DNA of 64,000 nt from Narcine bancroftii (lineage: Eukaryota), in contig NC_091476.1 of assembly GCF_036971445.1 (NCBI RefSeq), positions 138,508,001 to 138,572,000 on the forward strand. Reading direction: 5' to 3'. A model generated the notes under the pieces. The model had not been told where the DNA came from and searched no databases. It saw nothing but the letters and a program-made list of their open reading frames with translations. Of this stretch, positions 25,995 through 38,908 are shown piece after piece. A program made the position numbers and the translations under genes. Every line of letters begins with the position of its first letter. The first letter of the stretch is position 1.

Positions 25995-26470
25995 AGGTTC
26001 AAAGGAGGTTCACTTGGATGATTCTGGGAATGAAAGGGTTATCATACAAGGAGCTTTTGATGACTCTTGGCCTGTACTCATTGGAATTCAGGAGAATGAG
26101 AGGGATCTCATTGAAATATTTTGAATGTTGAAAGACACGGACAGAGGAGATGTTGAAAAGTTGGTTCCCATGATGAGAGCATCTTGGACAAGAAGGCACA
26201 ACTTCAGGATTAAAGGGTGTCCACAGAACAGAGATGCAGAGGAATTTCTTCAGCCAGAGGGTGGTAAATCTGTGGAATTTGGTGCCACAGGCAGTTGTGG
26301 AGGCCAGGTGTATTTAAGGGGGAGATTGATAGGTTCGTTGTTAGCCGGGCATCAAAGGGAGAAGGGCAGGCATTGGGGCTGAGTGGGAAAATGGATCAGC
26401 TCATGATTGAATGATGGGGCAGAATTGATGGGGTGAATAGCCTATTTCTTCTATGTCTTATCGTCTAGGT
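25995..26470 (+). mobile_element. CR1-type LINE 3' fragment. Similar pieces at ~20850-22040, 37770-38115, 39650-39935 and 48945-49800
   Basis: LGLYSLEFRRMRGDLIE motif and the conserved CR1 3'UTR gatcagctcatgattgaatg. Confidence 0.8.
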
Positions 26471-26584
26471 GATAGGGCCCTGATTGTTCAATGTGGACTC
26501 ATGGATGACTGATGCAGACATGGGCAGCACTGCTACCTGTCCTAGTATTGAAGCCAAGGATGGAATAGGCCTGGAGTTGCTTAC

Positions 26585-26890
26585 CAGCTCGATGAGCAAT
26601 GGGCACTGCCACATTCTTCCCTCGGTCAACATCCTGCGGCTGTGGGGGCGATGCTGTAAACCTGCATATGCCGGCCTCTGAAGGGGTGCTCATGGAAGTC
26701 ATACTGTCGGCGTTGTCATTCGTGCCCGTGGTCATCTGATCTGAGGAGCTGTCAGAGATGAAGCACTCGGTGATCTCGAATTTGGCGTGTTGCAGCTGTT
26801 CTTCCAGCTTGGCGTGTTCGTATGCACGTGCTAACTCCTCGTAGGTGGAGGAGGCACTCTCTGTGGAAACCATGCTGTTCCGACCTTTGT
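26585..26890 (-). CDS. DSCAML1: DSCAML1 penultimate exon ([56 protein letters not shown]...PIAHRA)
   Basis: 306 nt, AAG acceptor and GTAAGC donor, phase 1-1. Lies within ORF 26499..27005. Confidence 0.95.
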
Positions 26891-28599
26891 CTTTAATGGA
26901 AGGGAAATTAGATGGAAGAAAGTTGTCAGCAAAGGAATGGAACATGATACATAACACTATTTTGGCAGGATGGAGAGCGGAAGTCATGAGCCCAAGAACC
27001 AGCAATAGAACTTAGTCTCAATACAATAACCTGAAGGAGCAAAGCAAGAAGAATCAATAGTAGTTTTGCAAAGGGGAATGAAGGGGAGAATAGTTTAAGG
27101 GTTATGGAGAGCAAATTATAGCACTGAATGAGAGTTTATTGCCACATACACATGCACCATATATAATCGCAAAGCAAGTCTTACTTGCTGCAGCATCCTA
27201 GATATATAAAACACACTAAAACAAATTAGGTATAATTAAGAAGCCACAAAGAAAAAAAAAGATAATAAATATAACAAGAAGAGGAAAAAAAACAATATTC
27301 ACAGTTGGTCGGCAGTGCCTTAAAAGCATTGTGTCAGTAGTAGGGGAAAAGACAGGTTGGTGGAGATGAGTCTAACCTCAGATCAGCCATGATCTCACTG
27401 GATGGCAGAGCAGGCTTGACAGGTTGGATGGCCTACTCCTGCTCCTATTTCTTATGTTCTTATACAAACAGATCTTTGGTGGTTTTGCAGTAATGTTATG
27501 GTTTAAGTGGCACAGGGAGGTTTAAGGACCTGGATGGGGGAGACCGGGTATAATTGGATGGCCCTGACATTCTAGAACCATAGAACATTACAAGAACCAT
27601 TGCCCTTCTGTGCCGAACTTTTTCTGCCTAGTCCCACTGACTTGCACCCAGTCCATAGCCCTCCATACCTCTCCCATCCATTGTACCTGTCAAAATTGTT
27701 TTAAATGTTAAAATTGAGCAATCATTCACTACTTCAGCTGGCAGCTTGTTCCACACTCCCACCACTCTCTGTGTGAAGAAGTTTCCTCTATTGTCCCCCT
27801 AAACCTTTTCCCTTTCACCCTTCACCCATGTCCTCTGGTTTGTATCTCATCTACCCTCAATATATATTTACTCTGTCTATCCTCCTCATAATTTTAAATA
27901 CCTCTATCAAATCTCCCCTCATTCTTCTACGCGCCAGGGAATAAAGTCCTAACCTGTTTAACCTTTCCCTGTGACTCAGTTCCTGGAGTCCAGGCAACAT
28001 CCCAGTAGATTTTCTCTGCGCTCGTTCTATCTTATTTATATCTTTCCTGTAGTTAGGTGACCAAAACTGCACACAATACTCCAAATTTGGCCTCCACAAT
28101 GTTTTATATAACTTTACCATAGCATCCCAACTCCTATAATTGATTTATGAAGGTCAATTCCCAAAAGCTCTCTTTACAACCCTATCTACCTGTGATGTCA
28201 CTTTCAGGGAACTATGTATCTGTATTCCAAATTCACTACTGCACTCCTCAGTGTTCTACCATTGCCCATAATGTCCTTTCTTGGTTTGTCCTTCCAAAAT
28301 GCAAGACCTCACACTTGTCTGCATTAAATTCCATCTCCCATTTTGCAGCCCATTTTTCCAGCTGGTCCAGATCCCTCTGTGAGCTTTGTCAACCTTTCTT
28401 GCTGTCCACAATCCCTGAATCTTTGTGTCATCTGCAAATTTGCTGATCCATTTTAAATCATTATCATCCAGATCGTTGCTATATATGACAAACTACAATG
28501 GTCCCAGCACCGATCCCTGAGGCCCACCACCACTCCTCTGGCTTCTCCTCTATAGCCAATGTTGATTCCAATTTACCTCCTCACCATGAATACCAAGCT

Positions 28600-31500
28600 T
28601 TGGAATTGGAATCAGAATTTATTGTCACGAACAAGTCATGAAATTAGTGGTGTTTGCAGCAGCGTCCTAGTGTAAACATCCATATTATGACCATCTTATG
28701 ACATTACCTTAAAAAATATAAAAATAAAAGTGCATGAAAAGTATGGCAGTGCCTTTGGTTCATTGATTATCCAGGAATCTGATGGCAGCGGGGAAGAAGC
28801 TGTCCTTGTGCCACTGAGTGCTTGCCTTTAGGTACCCCGTTGGTAGCAGAGTGAAGAAGGCATGGCCTGGTTAGTGGGGTCTTTGAGGAGAGAAGCTGAT
28901 TTTTTAAGACTGCCTCATGTAGATGTCCTTGATGGAGTGAAGTCTGGTGCCTGTGATGTCTCAGGCTGAGTTAACAACCCTCTAGAGCAGGGGTGTCAAA
29001 CTCAAATTCACGGAGGGCCAAAATTAAAAACTTGGACTAAATCGAGGGCCAAACTAAATATTTATTGAAAATTTTCAACAACATCTGCATGTTTTCTCTT
29101 CTTTCAACACATGTAATGTTAAACTTTTTCTTATTAAAATTAATGTTTAATAATAGTTTTGGATAAACTCTTTCATTGTCATTGTCATTGTCATTGGCCC
29201 ATTTCCTTTAGCGTTCTGAAACCATGCACATGACGAGTCAATGAGGGATGATTAAAGCAGTGGTCTTCAAACTTTTTCTTTCCACCCACAGACCACCTTA
29301 AGCAATCCCTTACTAATCACAGAGCACCAATGGCACAGGGACGTGAGTGGAAAGAAAAAGGTTGAGAACTGTTGTATTGTGGTAACTCCACATCTGATTA
29401 GGTTAATTGTTAGGCAAGTGGTCAGAGAAGGACCCCCCCACCCAACCCAAGAAAGGCTTAAATCACATGAACAAAATAAGCTTCCATCTCACTGCTCCCA
29501 ATCTTACACACAGTCCTGATGTGGAATGTGGGGTCGCAGCTCCACGTTCACCCGAGTTCAGGTGCTGTCTGTGTGGAGTTTGTATGCTCTCCCCTTGTCT
29601 TGGACCAACAGGTCGGTCGCCTGACGAAGGCACCCGAACCCCCTGTTGAAACGCCGGCGTCCGGGGCGGTGGAGGAATTGGCTGAGAAGAGCGCATTGCT
29701 CCCATCCCCCTCCCATGGTTGGAGAGGGATTAAACTGCGATCTCACAGCGCCGGGCTCGTCTCCAACAAAAGGAGCGGGAGGCAGGGTCCGCCGCGCACG
29801 GAGCGAGGGGGAAGGCATCGCCAACGAGACGTTCGGTCCGGCGTCGCCGCTGAAGCGCAGACCCAGCGAGGATGGTCCCCAACTCCAGCCACGTCTGTGT
29901 GTCCGGGAGCCGGGCGGGCTGAGTGCAGCGCTCCGATCCCCGGGATTTGGGACTCTGAGATCCCTCCACACCTCCGGCGTCTTCATTTTCACCTTCAGTG
30001 TGCATGCGCTATACTGGCGCGGCGGCCAGCGGGCCAACACTAATATATATTTAATATGATCTTGCGGGCCAAATATAATTATATCGTGGGCCAAATTTGG
30101 CCCACGGGCCAGAGTTTGACATGTGTGCTCTAGAGTTTATTCTTGTTGTGAAAGTTGGGGCCTCCATACCAGGCAGTGATGCATCCAGCTAGAATGCCCT
30201 CCACGGTACACCTGTGGAGGATTTCGAGAGTCTTCAATGACATACCGAATATCATCAGACACCTCACAAAGTATAGCCGCTGGCAAGCCTTCTTTGTGAT
30301 TGCATTAACATGGAGGCTCCAAGACAGATCCTTGGAGATGTTAACACCCAGGAATTTGAAGTTCTTGACTCCTCTCCACTGAGCCCTCGATGAGGACTGG
30401 GTTGTGTTCCCCTAACTTCCTCCTGAAGTCCACAATCATCTCCTTGGTTTTGCTGATGTTGAGCGCAAGGTTGTTGTCATTACACCATTAAATGAGCTGA
30501 TCTATTTCCCTCCTGTATGCTTCCCATTGTCGTTTGTGATTCTGCCAACAACTGTGGTGTCATTGCCAATTGTAGATGGCATTGGAATTGTGCTTGGCCA
30601 CGCAATCATGGGCATATAACGAGTAGAGCAGTGGGCAAAGTATGCATATTTGTGTATGCCTGTGTTGATAATCAGTGAGGAGGAGACAATGTTTCCAATT
30701 TATACTGACTGTGGTCTTCAGGTGAGGATCAAGTTGCTGAGAGGTGCACAGAGGCCTGGAGTTTGTAGCTTCTTGACCAGCACTGAGGGAATAATGGTAT
30801 TGAAGACAATGCTGTAGTTGATGAAGAGTAGTTGTATGCATGAATTGCTGCTTTCAAAGTGATCCAGAGCTAAGTGGAGAGCCAGTGATATTGCATCTGA
30901 TGTGGAGCAAGTGTGATGATAGGTAAATTGCAGTGGGTCCATATCTTAGGCCGCCTCCCCTGGTTTTTCCAGATGCCAGTGTTTGGTCAGCGTGATGGCG
31001 GGTATAGCCCTTGCGCTGCAGCGCTTTTTCCGGAATGTCTGTGTTTAGCCATGTTTCCGTAAGCCACATTATGCAGCATTCCCTGATGTCCGTCTGATGT
31101 TGAAGACTGACTTGGAGTTCATCAAGTTTGTTCTCCAAGGGCTGTACATTAGCCAGGAGGATGGTAAGGAGTGGAAACCTCAGGTCCTGGCCATGACCAG
31201 CCTCTCAGTAGAAGTTAGTACCACTGGGTGGTAGTTATTGAGGCAGCTCCAAATATTCTTCTTGGGTACCAGAATGATTGATGCACTTTTAAAGCAGGTG
31301 GAAACCTCTGAGAGGTTGAAAATGTCCATGAACACTCCGGCTAGTTAGTTTGTGCATATTTTCAGTACCCTGCCAGGTACACCATCATGTCCTAATGCTT
31401 TGTGAGAATTCATCCTCGTGGATGATGTTCTGATGTCTCCCTCAGAGGCAGATATCACAGGGTCCTCAGCCTTTTCAGGGATTCTAGTAGGCCCTGTTTG

Positions 31501-32755
31501 GTTCGTCTTCTCAATGAGGGCAAAAAAGATATTCAGCTCATCGGGTAGCCATCTATGGTGTTCGGCCTTGCTATAATGGCCTGCATTTCCTGCCATAGCT
31601 GGTGTGTATCTGTCTCTGTCTCTAACTTCCTCAAGAATTGCACTTTGCTTCAGAGATGGCCTTCTGCAAGTCGTACCTGGACTTTTTGTAAAGATCCCAA
31701 TCCCTTTGTTCTCACCCTCTGATTCATCCAGGGTTTCTGGTAAGGGCATTTGTGCATGGGCACACTCATCTGCACAAGTCTTGATGAAGTCAGTGACACC
31801 TGTTGCATATTCATTCAAGTCTATGGATGAGTTCTTGAATATGTTCCAGTCCACCGATTCAAAGCTCCTCCACATCCCTCGACCACACCTTTGCTGTCTT
31901 CACCATTGGTTCTGTAGTCTCACTCTCTGTTTGAATGCTGGGAGTAGAAGTACAGGCAGTTGATCAGACTCACCAAAGTGTGGTTGTGGTATGGCTCGGT
32001 TTGCGTTCTTCATGGTAGTGTAGCAGTGGTCGAGTGTGTTGGTTCCCCTGGCCTCGCATGCGAATTGTTGGTGGTAGTTTGTCAGAGCCTTCTTCAGGTT
32101 GGCCTGATTGAAGTCTCCCACAGTGATTAGGAAGGCATCAGGATGTGCTGTTTCATGGCTGTTTATCACAGTCCTCAGTCCCTCCAGTGCCAGCCTGATG
32201 TTAGCCTGGGATGGAATGTACACTGCAACCAGGATAATGGTGGTGAACTCCCTTGACAAGTAGAATAGGTGGCACTTGATTGCTAGATGTTCCAGGTGAG
32301 GGGAGAGGACTGGGACATGACCATCATGTTTGTGCACCATGATGAAATGATGATGACACAAACGCCGCCTCCCCTGGTTTTTCCAGATGCCAGTGTTTGG
32401 TCAGCGTGATGGCGGGTATAGCCCTTGCGCTGCAGCACTTTTTCCGGAATGTCTGTGTTTAGCCATGTTTCCGTAAACCACATTATGCAGCATTCCCTGA
32501 TGTCCGTCTAATGTTGAAGACTGACTTGGAGTTCATCAAGTTTGTTCTCCAAGGGCTGTACATTAGCCAGGAGGATGGTAAGGAGTGGAAACCTCAGGTC
32601 CTGGCATCTCAGCATGAACTGTCGCCCCCTCTGCGTCTACGTGGTCGAGTCTTCTTTATTCAGCCAGTGGGTCCACAGCTGATGGTTCCCATGATGTTTA
32701 AATGGTCCATGCGTTGCCCCTTTAAATCCTCCCGAATAACCACCCCTGAAAGCGC
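28600..32755 (-). mobile_element. Rex1/Babar-clade LINE inserted in the CR1
   Basis: FTETWL, LVAVYIP, GDFNQANL, TLDHCYT and DPLQF..STSDAI motifs; 3' tail aataaattctgattccaattcc. Confidence 0.85.
28988..30127. mobile_element. Non-autonomous hAT (Charlie-like) DNA transposon, 1140 bp
   Basis: TIRs CAGGGGTGTCAAACTC and GAGTTTGACATGTGTG; perfect 8-bp TSD CTCTAGAG (28980-28987 and 30128-30135). Confidence 0.92.
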
Positions 32756-33510
32756 TTACTAAAGCCAATTTAGACAACATCCCCAGTCTTTCCTTCATCA
32801 ATTTTCCTGGTAAACTCCTCAAAAAACTCTATCAGATTAATTAAACACAACCTACCTACCACGCACAAATCCATGTTGATTATCCCTAATCAGTCCCAGG
32901 CTATCTAAATACTTGTATATCCGATCTCTTAGTACATCTTCCAATAATTTACTTACTAATGACATCAGGCTGACCTGCTTATAATTCTCAAGGTTATTTT
33001 GGAGCCTATTTTAAATAACAGAACAACATAAGCTACCCTCCAATCCTCTGGCAACATACCCATGGCTAAGGACATCTTAAATATTTATGCCAGATCCCCT
33101 ACAATTTCTACAATAGCATCCTTCTAATCCTGAGGATTTATCCACATTTGCTTTAAGACAGCAAGCACTTCCTCCTCTTTAATCTGTATAGGTTCCATGA
33201 CTTTACTGCTTGTTTTCGTAATTTCCCATGACTCTGTCCCTGTTTCCAGAGTAAATACTGATGAGAAAAAAACCATTTAAGTTCTCTCCCATCCCTTTTT
33301 GGCTCCATACAAAGCAGATCACTCTGATCATCAAGGGGACCAATTTTGTCCATTACTACCCTCTTGCTCTTAATATACCTGTAGAAATCCTTAGGATTTT
33401 CCTTCACATTGTCTGCCAACTTTTTTTAGCTTTCCTAATTTATTTCTTGAGGTTTTTCTTGCATTTTTTATACTCTTCAAATACCTCATTGGCTCTGTGT
33501 TGCCTACACC

Positions 33511-33786
33511 TGCAATGGTGATACAACCATTATTTTAGCCACATTCCTAATGGCCTACTGCAGGGGGCAACTATTGTACCTGCAAGTAGGCAACCTTGGA
33601 GGGTGGCCCCACCTTGCTGACTGTCAATCACCGGTTCATATAAAGACTCGAGCCGGCCCCTTCCTAAATCAGTCGGGCACGTGGAACCAGAGGCTACAGA
33701 GACCTGGTGTTCAACTTTAAGCTGATTAAAGCCTGCAACACAGACTTCTCAAGTTTTGTATTTGTTTGCTGCACCACAGGGTATCA
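33511..33786 (+). mobile_element. Solo LTR (276 bp) inside the CR1
   Basis: TG...CA ends, TSD CACC, TATAAA at ~33639, ATTAAA at ~33725. The CR1 reads continuously once it is removed. Confidence 0.75.
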
Positions 33787-36336
33787 CACCTGCTATACAC
33801 CTCTCTCTTCTTCCAAACCAGATCCCCAATATCCCTTGAAAACCAAGGTTCTCTATACATGCTAACTTTGCCTTAATCCTGACAGGAACATACAAACTCA
33901 GTACTTTCAAAATTTCACCTTTGAAGTCTTCCACTTGCCTTGCACATCCTTGCTGGAAAACAACATCCCAATCCACACATTCTAGATCCTTTCTCATTTT
34001 CTCAAAATTTGCCTTTCTCCAATTTAGAATCTCCATCCAAGGCCCAGATCTATCCTTCTCCATAATTAACTTGAAACTAATGGCATTATGATCACTGGAC
34101 CTAATATGTTCCCTTACATAGAATTCTGTCCTGTTTCATTCCCTAATAGGAGATCCAGTATTGCATTCTCTTTAGTTGGTATCTCTATATATTCATTTAG
34201 AAAATTTTCCTGAACACATTTGTCAAACTCCAAGCCATCCAGATCTTTTACATTATGGGAGTCCCAGTCAGTATACAGAAAGTTAAAATCTCCTACTATC
34301 ACTACCTTATGTTTCCTGCACCTGTCTACTATCCCTCTACAGATTTGCTCCTCCAATTCTTGCTGATTGTTAGACAGTCTATAATATAACCTCATTAGCG
34401 TGGTCATAACTTTCCCATTCCTCAGCACCACCCATATAGCCTTAGTAGATGAGCCCTCTGGTCTGTTCTGCCTGAGCACAGCTGTGATATTTTCACAGAC
34501 AAGCAATGTTACGCCTCCCCCTTTCATTCTCCCCACTGTTATATCATGTCTGAAACAACGGAAGCCTGAAACATTGAACTCCCTGTCCTGCCTCTCCTGC
34601 AACCAAGTTTCACTAATGGCCACAATGTCATAATTCCATGTGCCAATCCACACTCTAAGCTCATCTGCCTTTCCTACAATATTCCTTGCATTAAAATCGA
34701 TGCATTTGAGAACATTATCACCCCGAACAAATCTTTGACTTCCAACGTAATGTAGAATTTTCACATCATCTTTTCCCTCCTCCACTCCCCCTCTGGCACT
34801 CTGGTTTTCATCTCCCTACAAATCTAGTTTAAATCCCTTGCAGCATCACTACCAAACCTTTCTGCAAGTATATTAGTCACCCTCCAGTTCAGATGCAAAC
34901 CATCACATCGGAACAGGTTCCATTTTCCCTGGAAGAGGGCCCAATGATCCAGAAACCTGAAGCCCTCCATCCGGCACCATGTTTTTAGCCATGTGTTAAG
35001 CTGCATTATCCTCCTATTTCTAACCTCACTAGCACATGGCAAGGGAAGCAATCCTGAGATCACCACCCTAGAGGTCCTGTCCTTCAACTTTGCACCTAAC
35101 TTATTGAACTCTCTTTGTAGGATCTCATCACCCTTCCTACCCACATCATTGGTCCCATGACATCTGGCTGCTCACCCTCCCTCCTGAGAATGCTGTGAAC
35201 CCGATCTGAGATATCTCAGAACCTGGCACCAGGGAGGCAATGTACTCTCTGGCAATCTCAATCCCTTCCACAGAATCTCTTATCTGTCCCCCTTAATTAT
35301 GGAATTCCTTATCACTACAGCTCACCTCTTCTCCTCCCTTCCCTTCTTAGCTACAGGACTAGACTCCATGCCAGAGGCCTGATCACCTTGGCTTGTCCCT
35401 GTTATGTTCCCCCACCTAACAGTATCCAAAATGGTATACTTACTACCGAGGTGAACAGCTGCAGGGGTGCCCTGCACTGCCTGCCTCTTCCCTTTTTCTC
35501 TCCTGACTGTCATCCAGCTACTCTCCACCTGCCTCCTTGGTGTAATAGATCTGAGAAGAAATCCTGGAGGATGAAATCTTTCCTTCAAAAGCATAATGTT
35601 TTTCTTGTTGGATTTCATTGAGGAATGCTAAATCCTACACTGGGCAGCCACAAAACCATTCTGGTATCTTTACTTACCTCCCTCAATCCTGAAGGACTAA
35701 ACCATCTCTCGGGTACCCCCAGGCCTTTACAATCTTGTATGAGAGCCCACCGTGATGGTCAGAGTCTGGCAGGGAGGGTGGTGGCAGCGGCCATTTCATC
35801 AGACAAAATCACCTTTGTTCTGAGTGCACAAGTTGTCAGAATAGGAACAGGACTGAATGACACTGGAACATTCTGCCAGCGACTAACTTAGTAAAACTAC
35901 AGACTATTTTTTTAAAAAGTGCAGACATGGGTAATGATGGCAGGCCAGGATTTATTGATCTCCAATACTTGCTCTTGACAAGTTTCTTGAACCACTACCC
36001 TACTGTTCACATGTTAAAGGTGCACATTGTTAGGCAGGAAATTCCAAGGCTTAGATATGATGACAAAGAAGGAAAACTCCATGCCACGATAGTGTGGAGA
36101 TGGCGGTGTTTCTGTAAGCCTTCCCTTCTTCTTGGTTGAGGGTTTGGGAACTGCTGTTGCAGTAGCTGGATGGGCAAGTGTGGCGCACACTGCATCCATG
36201 CTGGAAGGTGATGCAGGGAGGACAGGGAGCCAAATGATGCATTTCCCACTGTGTTTTACAGGAGGTTATGTCTGCCAATAAATACAGTCATAGACACAAC
36301 AGAAAAAGATGGCTACAGTCTTTTCTGCTTTCTTAC

Positions 36337-36531
36337 CTGTGTCCTGGGAGAGACTGGCACTATAGCTGTCACTCTCTGTCACGGTTATTCCGTGCTGTGA
36401 CCCCACAGTTCTCCAGTCAGAGGTCAAGGTTCGGGCTGGGGTGGAGGCCTGACACTTTGTAAGAGTCCACTGGCTGGAGTACCTGTTCCTTGTGCTATGG
36501 GTTGATTTGACACTCTTCCTGGCAACAGGAT
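36337..36531 (-). CDS. DSCAML1: DSCAML1 cytoplasmic exon (NPVARKSVKSTHSTRNRYSSQWTLTKCQASTPARTLTSDWRTVGSQHGITVTESDSYSASLSQDT)
   Basis: 195 nt, CAG acceptor and GTAAGA donor, phase 1-1. Confidence 0.95.
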
Positions 36532-38755
36532 CTGGTGATGAGAAAAGAGACTTTATTGGGTCATAAAGTTTGACAAAAGGCCATTCAGCTCACTGAATCC
36601 ATCCAAACATCCCTCAGCCATTGAGTCCATCTCAAACATCCCTCACCCACTGTCCATCCCAAACATCCCTCAGCCATTAACATCGCTCCTTCCTCTCCCC
36701 CCCCCCAACAGTTTTCCATCAACTCCCCTCTCCCTTACCACCCAGACTCATCCACTCACCTAAACACAAGGGAAATTTACAGTGGACAATTAGTCTACTG
36801 GCTGCCATGTATTTGGGAATTGGGAGGCAACTGGGTACCTGGAGGAAACCCACATGGTCACAGGGAGAATGTGCAATGCCAATGCAGTTGGCACTAGTAG
36901 TCAGAATGAAACCATGGTCTCTGGGGCCATGGGGGCATTGGTTCTATCTGGTCACCATTGTGCCATCTACATTAGTCCAGACCTCAGATCAAACTAACTT
37001 GACCCTCATCTCACCTCACATTCTACAGACCATTGCCAGTACTCTCAATCAGCATGGCTTGATGTTCAATGACAAGATGGAAATGTCGATAACAAGACTG
37101 GAACAAACGTCTGGCAGAAACTATAAGAGGGCATTACATCTACTTTGTGCCCAGGTGGTGAGGGAGAGTAGGATGGTGTGACTCACATTGTAATTTGTTC
37201 CCAATGGCACCAATAGTGTCATCTAGCTATTCGACTTTGTGGAACATCCCAGCCCAGTCCAATTCTGACCTGGATCTCCATGCACATTCAAGAGCTAATG
37301 GACACTAGGAGAAGGAAACTCAGCCAAGTATCCTCTCCTATCGCAGGTGGAGTATCTCTATTACCATTAGCTAAAACAATAAGCTATGTTGTTTGAGGCT
37401 GTAAGGAGATGATTGGTTCTCCAGGCCATCTTTGGATACACAACTCCCTCTACTCACTGAGACCCCAGGAGCTTTCTGTTTGTAGTGTGGGCTTTGTGGA
37501 CAATGTGCTAACACAGTTAGCCTTTCTTCACTGACAAATACCCTGGAGTCCTCCTTTACTGACCAAAAAACACCCATAGCAAACCCACAAATCCCTGCTG
37601 GGGTGGGGGGTGGGGGGAGGATCCTGATAACTCCAAGTCCTTTCTCAAACCATCAATAGGATCTTTGTATCATTTTAGTGGGAAATGTTTTAGAGAGTGA
37701 TCGTTTTCTCTTGATTTAAATCAATCTTTATTTACACAGGATTTGCTTGTTGGCCACGGAACACTGATACTGACAGAGTAAATGTAAAAAGGCTGTTTCC
37801 CATTGGTGGGAAAATTAAGGAGAAGAGGGCACATCTTCAGGATGGAAGGGCGGCCTCTTAGAACAGGAATTTTTTTAAGCCAAGGGGGGGTGAATCTGTT
37901 GAATTTGTTGTCAGAGGTAGTTGTGGAGGCCAAGTTATTGGGTATATTTAAGGCAGAGACTGATAGGTTCTTGATTAGCCAGGGCATCAAAGGTTAGAGG
38001 GAGAAGGCTGGGTAGTGGGGCTGAGTGAGAGAATGGATCAGCTCATGATTAAATGTTGGGGCAGATTCACTGGGCTGAACGGCCTATTTCTACTCCTATA
38101 TCTTACAGTCTTATAACAAGCCGAGGGACCACCAGTGACCCGCAGATTGAGAAATGCTGCATTTAGGGGATAGATTTGCCTCTCCCAGGTCTGCTCCCTT
38201 TGGCAGCCCAGAAGGTCAACCATTACCAGCTGAAGGACCGAATGCAAACCCACTGTCCACAGCACAAAGACATTGGGACTAAATGGTTACATTTACAGCA
38301 GTGAGGCTGGCCATTTGGCCCATCTGGACAATGTTGGTAATTGTGCTCATGTGAGTTGAGGCTCTTCCCTCTTCATAATCTTCCATACCTTCCACACTCA
38401 GCTTTCCTTTTCTTGATGTCCTCATTCTGACATGAGGTTGCCTCATCTGAATCATTTCACATACTTTAAATTTAAATTTAAAATTTTTGTATTTAAATTT
38501 AGACATACAGAATGGTTTCTGGCCCTGTTGGCCCACGAGTCAATGCTGCTCAATTACATGGATTTGATCTACAACCCCGATCCCTTTTGGAACAGTGCGA
38601 TGAAGCTGTAGTAACTGGTGGAAACCCATATAGACCCGTGGAGAATGTACAAACTCCTTACATGCAACACAGGATTCAATACCCAGTCACTGGCGCTGTA
38701 ACAGTATTGCACTAACCGCTATGCTAACAGTGCCACCCCATCTGCCGATACTTAC

Positions 38756-38908
38756 TGGTGCCAGGACGGATGTCAGACATGTCGATCAGAGGCCCTGTGT
38801 TCTGGACCAAGGCTGGGTGATGCAGGGACACACCTGTGCAGAAACTCTGTGGGTTGACCGATTGGTTAAACTCGGAGTCTGTCACCGGGATTGTGGCCTT
38901 GTCTTCTC
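38756..38908 (-). CDS. DSCAML1: DSCAML1 cytoplasmic exon (GEDKATIPVTDSEFNQSVNPQSFCTGVSLHHPALVQNTGPLIDMSDIRPGT)
   Basis: 153 nt, CAG acceptor and GTAAGT donor, phase 1-1. Confidence 0.95.

Larger units (their letters stand above)
27575..35545 (-). mobile_element. Near full-length CR1 LINE (SGNH-esterase ORF1, APE-RT ORF2), split by nested insertions
   Basis: ORF1 RVVISGLLP..DGLHLN (34824-35144), ORF2 endonuclease (34114-34785), RT/3' part at 27575-28598. The CR1 resumes at ~32755. Confidence 0.9.

Noticed and set aside
29519-30094. Several long overlapping ORFs on both strands
   Set aside because: By-product of high GC content inside the hAT element; no recognisable domain.
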